Shown here one piece after another: positions 61,680 through 64,000 of a DNA stretch of 64,000 nt (position 1 is the first letter of the stretch; every line of letters begins with the position of its first letter). The position numbers and the translations under genes were made by a program. This DNA is from Macrostomum lignano (Eukaryota). Where the stretch lies: positions 186,001 through 250,000 of the forward strand of contig NIVC01001291.1 of assembly GCA_002269645.1 (NCBI GenBank), read 5' to 3'. The notes beneath the pieces were generated by a model. That model searched no databases. It was not told the DNA's origin and saw only the letters and a program-made list of their open reading frames with translations.

Positions 61680-63584
61680 GGGATAGCGACGTTTGCCTGC
61701 GGGACGTTTGCCAGCCGACGTTTGCCTGCGGGAAGTTTGCCAGTCGACGTTTGCCAGCCGACGTTTGCCAGCCGACGTTTGCCTGCGGGACGTTTGCCAG
61801 CCGACGTTTGCCTGCGGGACGTTTGCCTGCGGGACGTTTGCCAGCCGACGTTAGCCAGCCGACATTTGCCAGCCGACGTTTGCCAGCCGATGTTTGCCAG
61901 CCGACGTTTACCAGCCGAAGTTTGCCTGCGGGACGTTTGCCTGCAGGACGTTTGCCTGCAGGACGTTTGCCTGCAGGACGTTTGCCAGCCGACGTTTGCC
62001 AGCCGACGTTTGCCTGCGGGACGTTTGCCTGCAGGACGTTTGCCTGCAGGACGTTTGCCAGCCGACGTTTGCCAGCCGACGTTTGCCAGCCGACGTTTGC
62101 CTGCGGGACGTTTGCCTGCAGGACGTTTGCCTGCAGGACGTTTGCCTGCAGGACGTTTGCCAGCCGACATTTGCCAGCCAACTGCTATATATTTAGCTAT
62201 ATATATTTATGCTATATTTAGCAGTTGTAACATTATAAAAACTAAATATATACTCGTAAAAAGTTTCGTGTATGCCCCACCATTTTCAGCTGAGTGGCGA
62301 AATAATATTTTATTGATTGCGAATAAAAATAAAACACCAACATTAGGAGTTTTGAGTAGTGCGTAATAATTTGAAAATTTGAATTCGGTGTTTGTGTTTG
62401 TGTTCGGTGTCTGGTTCTGTTCCCAGAACCAGAACCAATTTGTGAAGTATAACTTTTTGTCTCCATAACTAGAGGGAGATACATGCTATAAAGTTTTTAT
62501 TATTGAATGACAATCGCCAAGAAGAAAGTGAAAAATAGTGCTAAGTGAGGTTGTTAAGGCAGTCAAACATTCAACAGAATTAAATAGGCCCTAGTTATAC
62601 TACTGTTTTTCTTGGAAGATCCGAACCAATTCTAATTCTGGAATTGGTAATAGGCCTATGAAAAGCCTCTATGATCCGGCCTGAAGCCTCTTCACATTAC
62701 CAATTCCAGAACCAGAATCGGTTCGCATCTTCTAGAAAAACAGCTGTATAGGTCTAAATTTTTAACCCTGGTGTAGGCCTAAGCCTAATGAATCATGAAT
62801 TATGTCAATTTTAACTTTTTTGCATGTCATGGCTAAGCCTACATATATGTAGATTGTAGAACAATGTCACTGACTTTATTGTCAGTGACGCTTTGGTTCT
62901 GCTAGTTCTGCTAGTTTTGGTTACATCAGTTGCTTTGGTACATACATGCATGTTACTAAAACCTACCTAAAATATCAATAAGACGAAGAGCGTTCTAAGT
63001 TCTAAGTAGTTTGTTACGAGCGTAGTAACCTGTATATTTAATAGCAGTTAGTAGGCAGCGAAGTGGAATTATTAGTGCTATGTCCACAGTTTTCAAATGC
63101 AAGTTGTAAGCCTAGAGAGGGCATACTTCTTTAACCAATTGCCGCCTGCGACTGTCCGGCTGGCAAACGTCCCGCAGGCAAATGTCGGCTGGCAAACGTC
63201 GGCTGGCAAACGTCCCGCTGGCAAACGTCGGCTGGCAAACGTCCCGCTGGCAAACGTCGGCTGGCAAACGTCCCGCTGGCAAACGTCGGCTGGCAAACTT
63301 CCCGCAGGCAAACGTCCCGCAGGCAAACGTCGACAGGCAAACGTCCCGCAGGCAAACGTCGGCTGGCAAACGTCCCGCTGGCAAACGTCGGCTGGCAAAC
63401 GTCCCGCAGGCAAACGTCGGCTGGCAAACGTCCCGCTGGCCAACGTCGGCTGGCAAACGTCGGCTGGCAAACGTCCCGCTGGCCAACGTCGGCTGGCAAA
63501 CGTCGGCTGGCAAACGTCGGCTGGCAAACGTCCCGCAGGCAAACGTCGGCTGGTAAACGTCCGGCAGGCAAACATCGTAGACCC
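61680..63584. mobile_element. Foldback-like non-autonomous DNA transposon (~1.9 kb) with long modular TIRs
   Basis: Ends GGGATAGCGACGTTTGCC...GGCAAACATCGTAGACCC. Arms 61680-62180 and ~63150-63584 are built of 14/15-bp subrepeats (gacgtttgccagcc / gacgtttgcctgcgg) in inverted orientation. Direct repeat CTTGCAC at 61673-61679 and 63585-63591 (7 bp, or 8 bp with one shared C). Confidence 0.85.
62596..62750. mobile_element. small hairpin/MITE-like element inside the Foldback spacer
   Basis: ~55-bp imperfect inverted repeat (62596-62651 versus 62696-62750), TA at both ends, ~44-bp loop. Confidence 0.5.
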
Positions 63585-64000
63585 CTTGCACTCGTATTGA
63601 AAAGACTTGTTTGCACCTGGGTCGAGCCGAGTGCAGATCCAACATTGCAAAGGCGATTTAAGCGAGTTAAACGCAATGGGTTGCGTCTGTTCCTGTTTGA
63701 GAAGTCGAGCAGCAAAGTTGATACGAGCTACGGATGCTTTTTTTAGCGAAGAAACCAGACAGCAAGCTGGGAACAGCAGCGTCATCCACTGCTGAGGGCA
63801 TTCAGAAGATTACTAAACTCAAGCCTGGGAGAAGTCATCGCAGAAATCATTGAAAGCCCCGACGATTCGTACTCGGTGTCAGGACAGTCTCGTGACAGAG
63901 CCTACGAAGATGCCAAGTATAATCGAGATGCAAAGCCGACACAACTGTTGAAATTTTAAGGTGCCCGTTTGAAAAAGTGTGTCAAAACACAATGGCTTTG

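Noticed and set aside
61631-63715. PAGKR/CQPTFAS/ANVLQ repeat ORFs
   Set aside because: Translations of the Foldback TIR subrepeats.

Overview
Eukaryotic (metazoan invertebrate) genomic DNA read with the standard code. The short introns, abundant minisatellites and intronless channel genes would fit a free-living flatworm such as Macrostomum, but that is inference only. Four zones: (1) 2.7-4.4 kb, an intronless IFT56/TTC26 gene with an RFX X-box upstream. (2) 5-25.6 kb, about 20 kb of unrelated mini- and microsatellites, which generate most of the long repetitive ORFs in the track. (3) 26.5-35.6 kb, a multi-exon SCHIP1 gene whose upstream exon starts with an IQCJ-like IQ motif (IQRAWRRY), i.e. 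IQCJ-SCHIP1 architecture. (4) 36.9-60.5 kb, seven intronless TRPV5/6-like channel genes in strictly alternating orientation (+ - + - + - +) on a ~7.37-kb unit. All seven share a near-identical 753-bp N-terminal tract but carry three different transmembrane/extracellular-loop variants. One copy is chimeric, three are frameshifted, and an X-box precedes the array. A complete Foldback-like DNA transposon with target-site duplication lies at 61.7-63.6 kb. The most interesting candidate system is the TRPV array: a homogenised cytoplasmic module with a variable extracellular cassette, possibly cilium-regulated.
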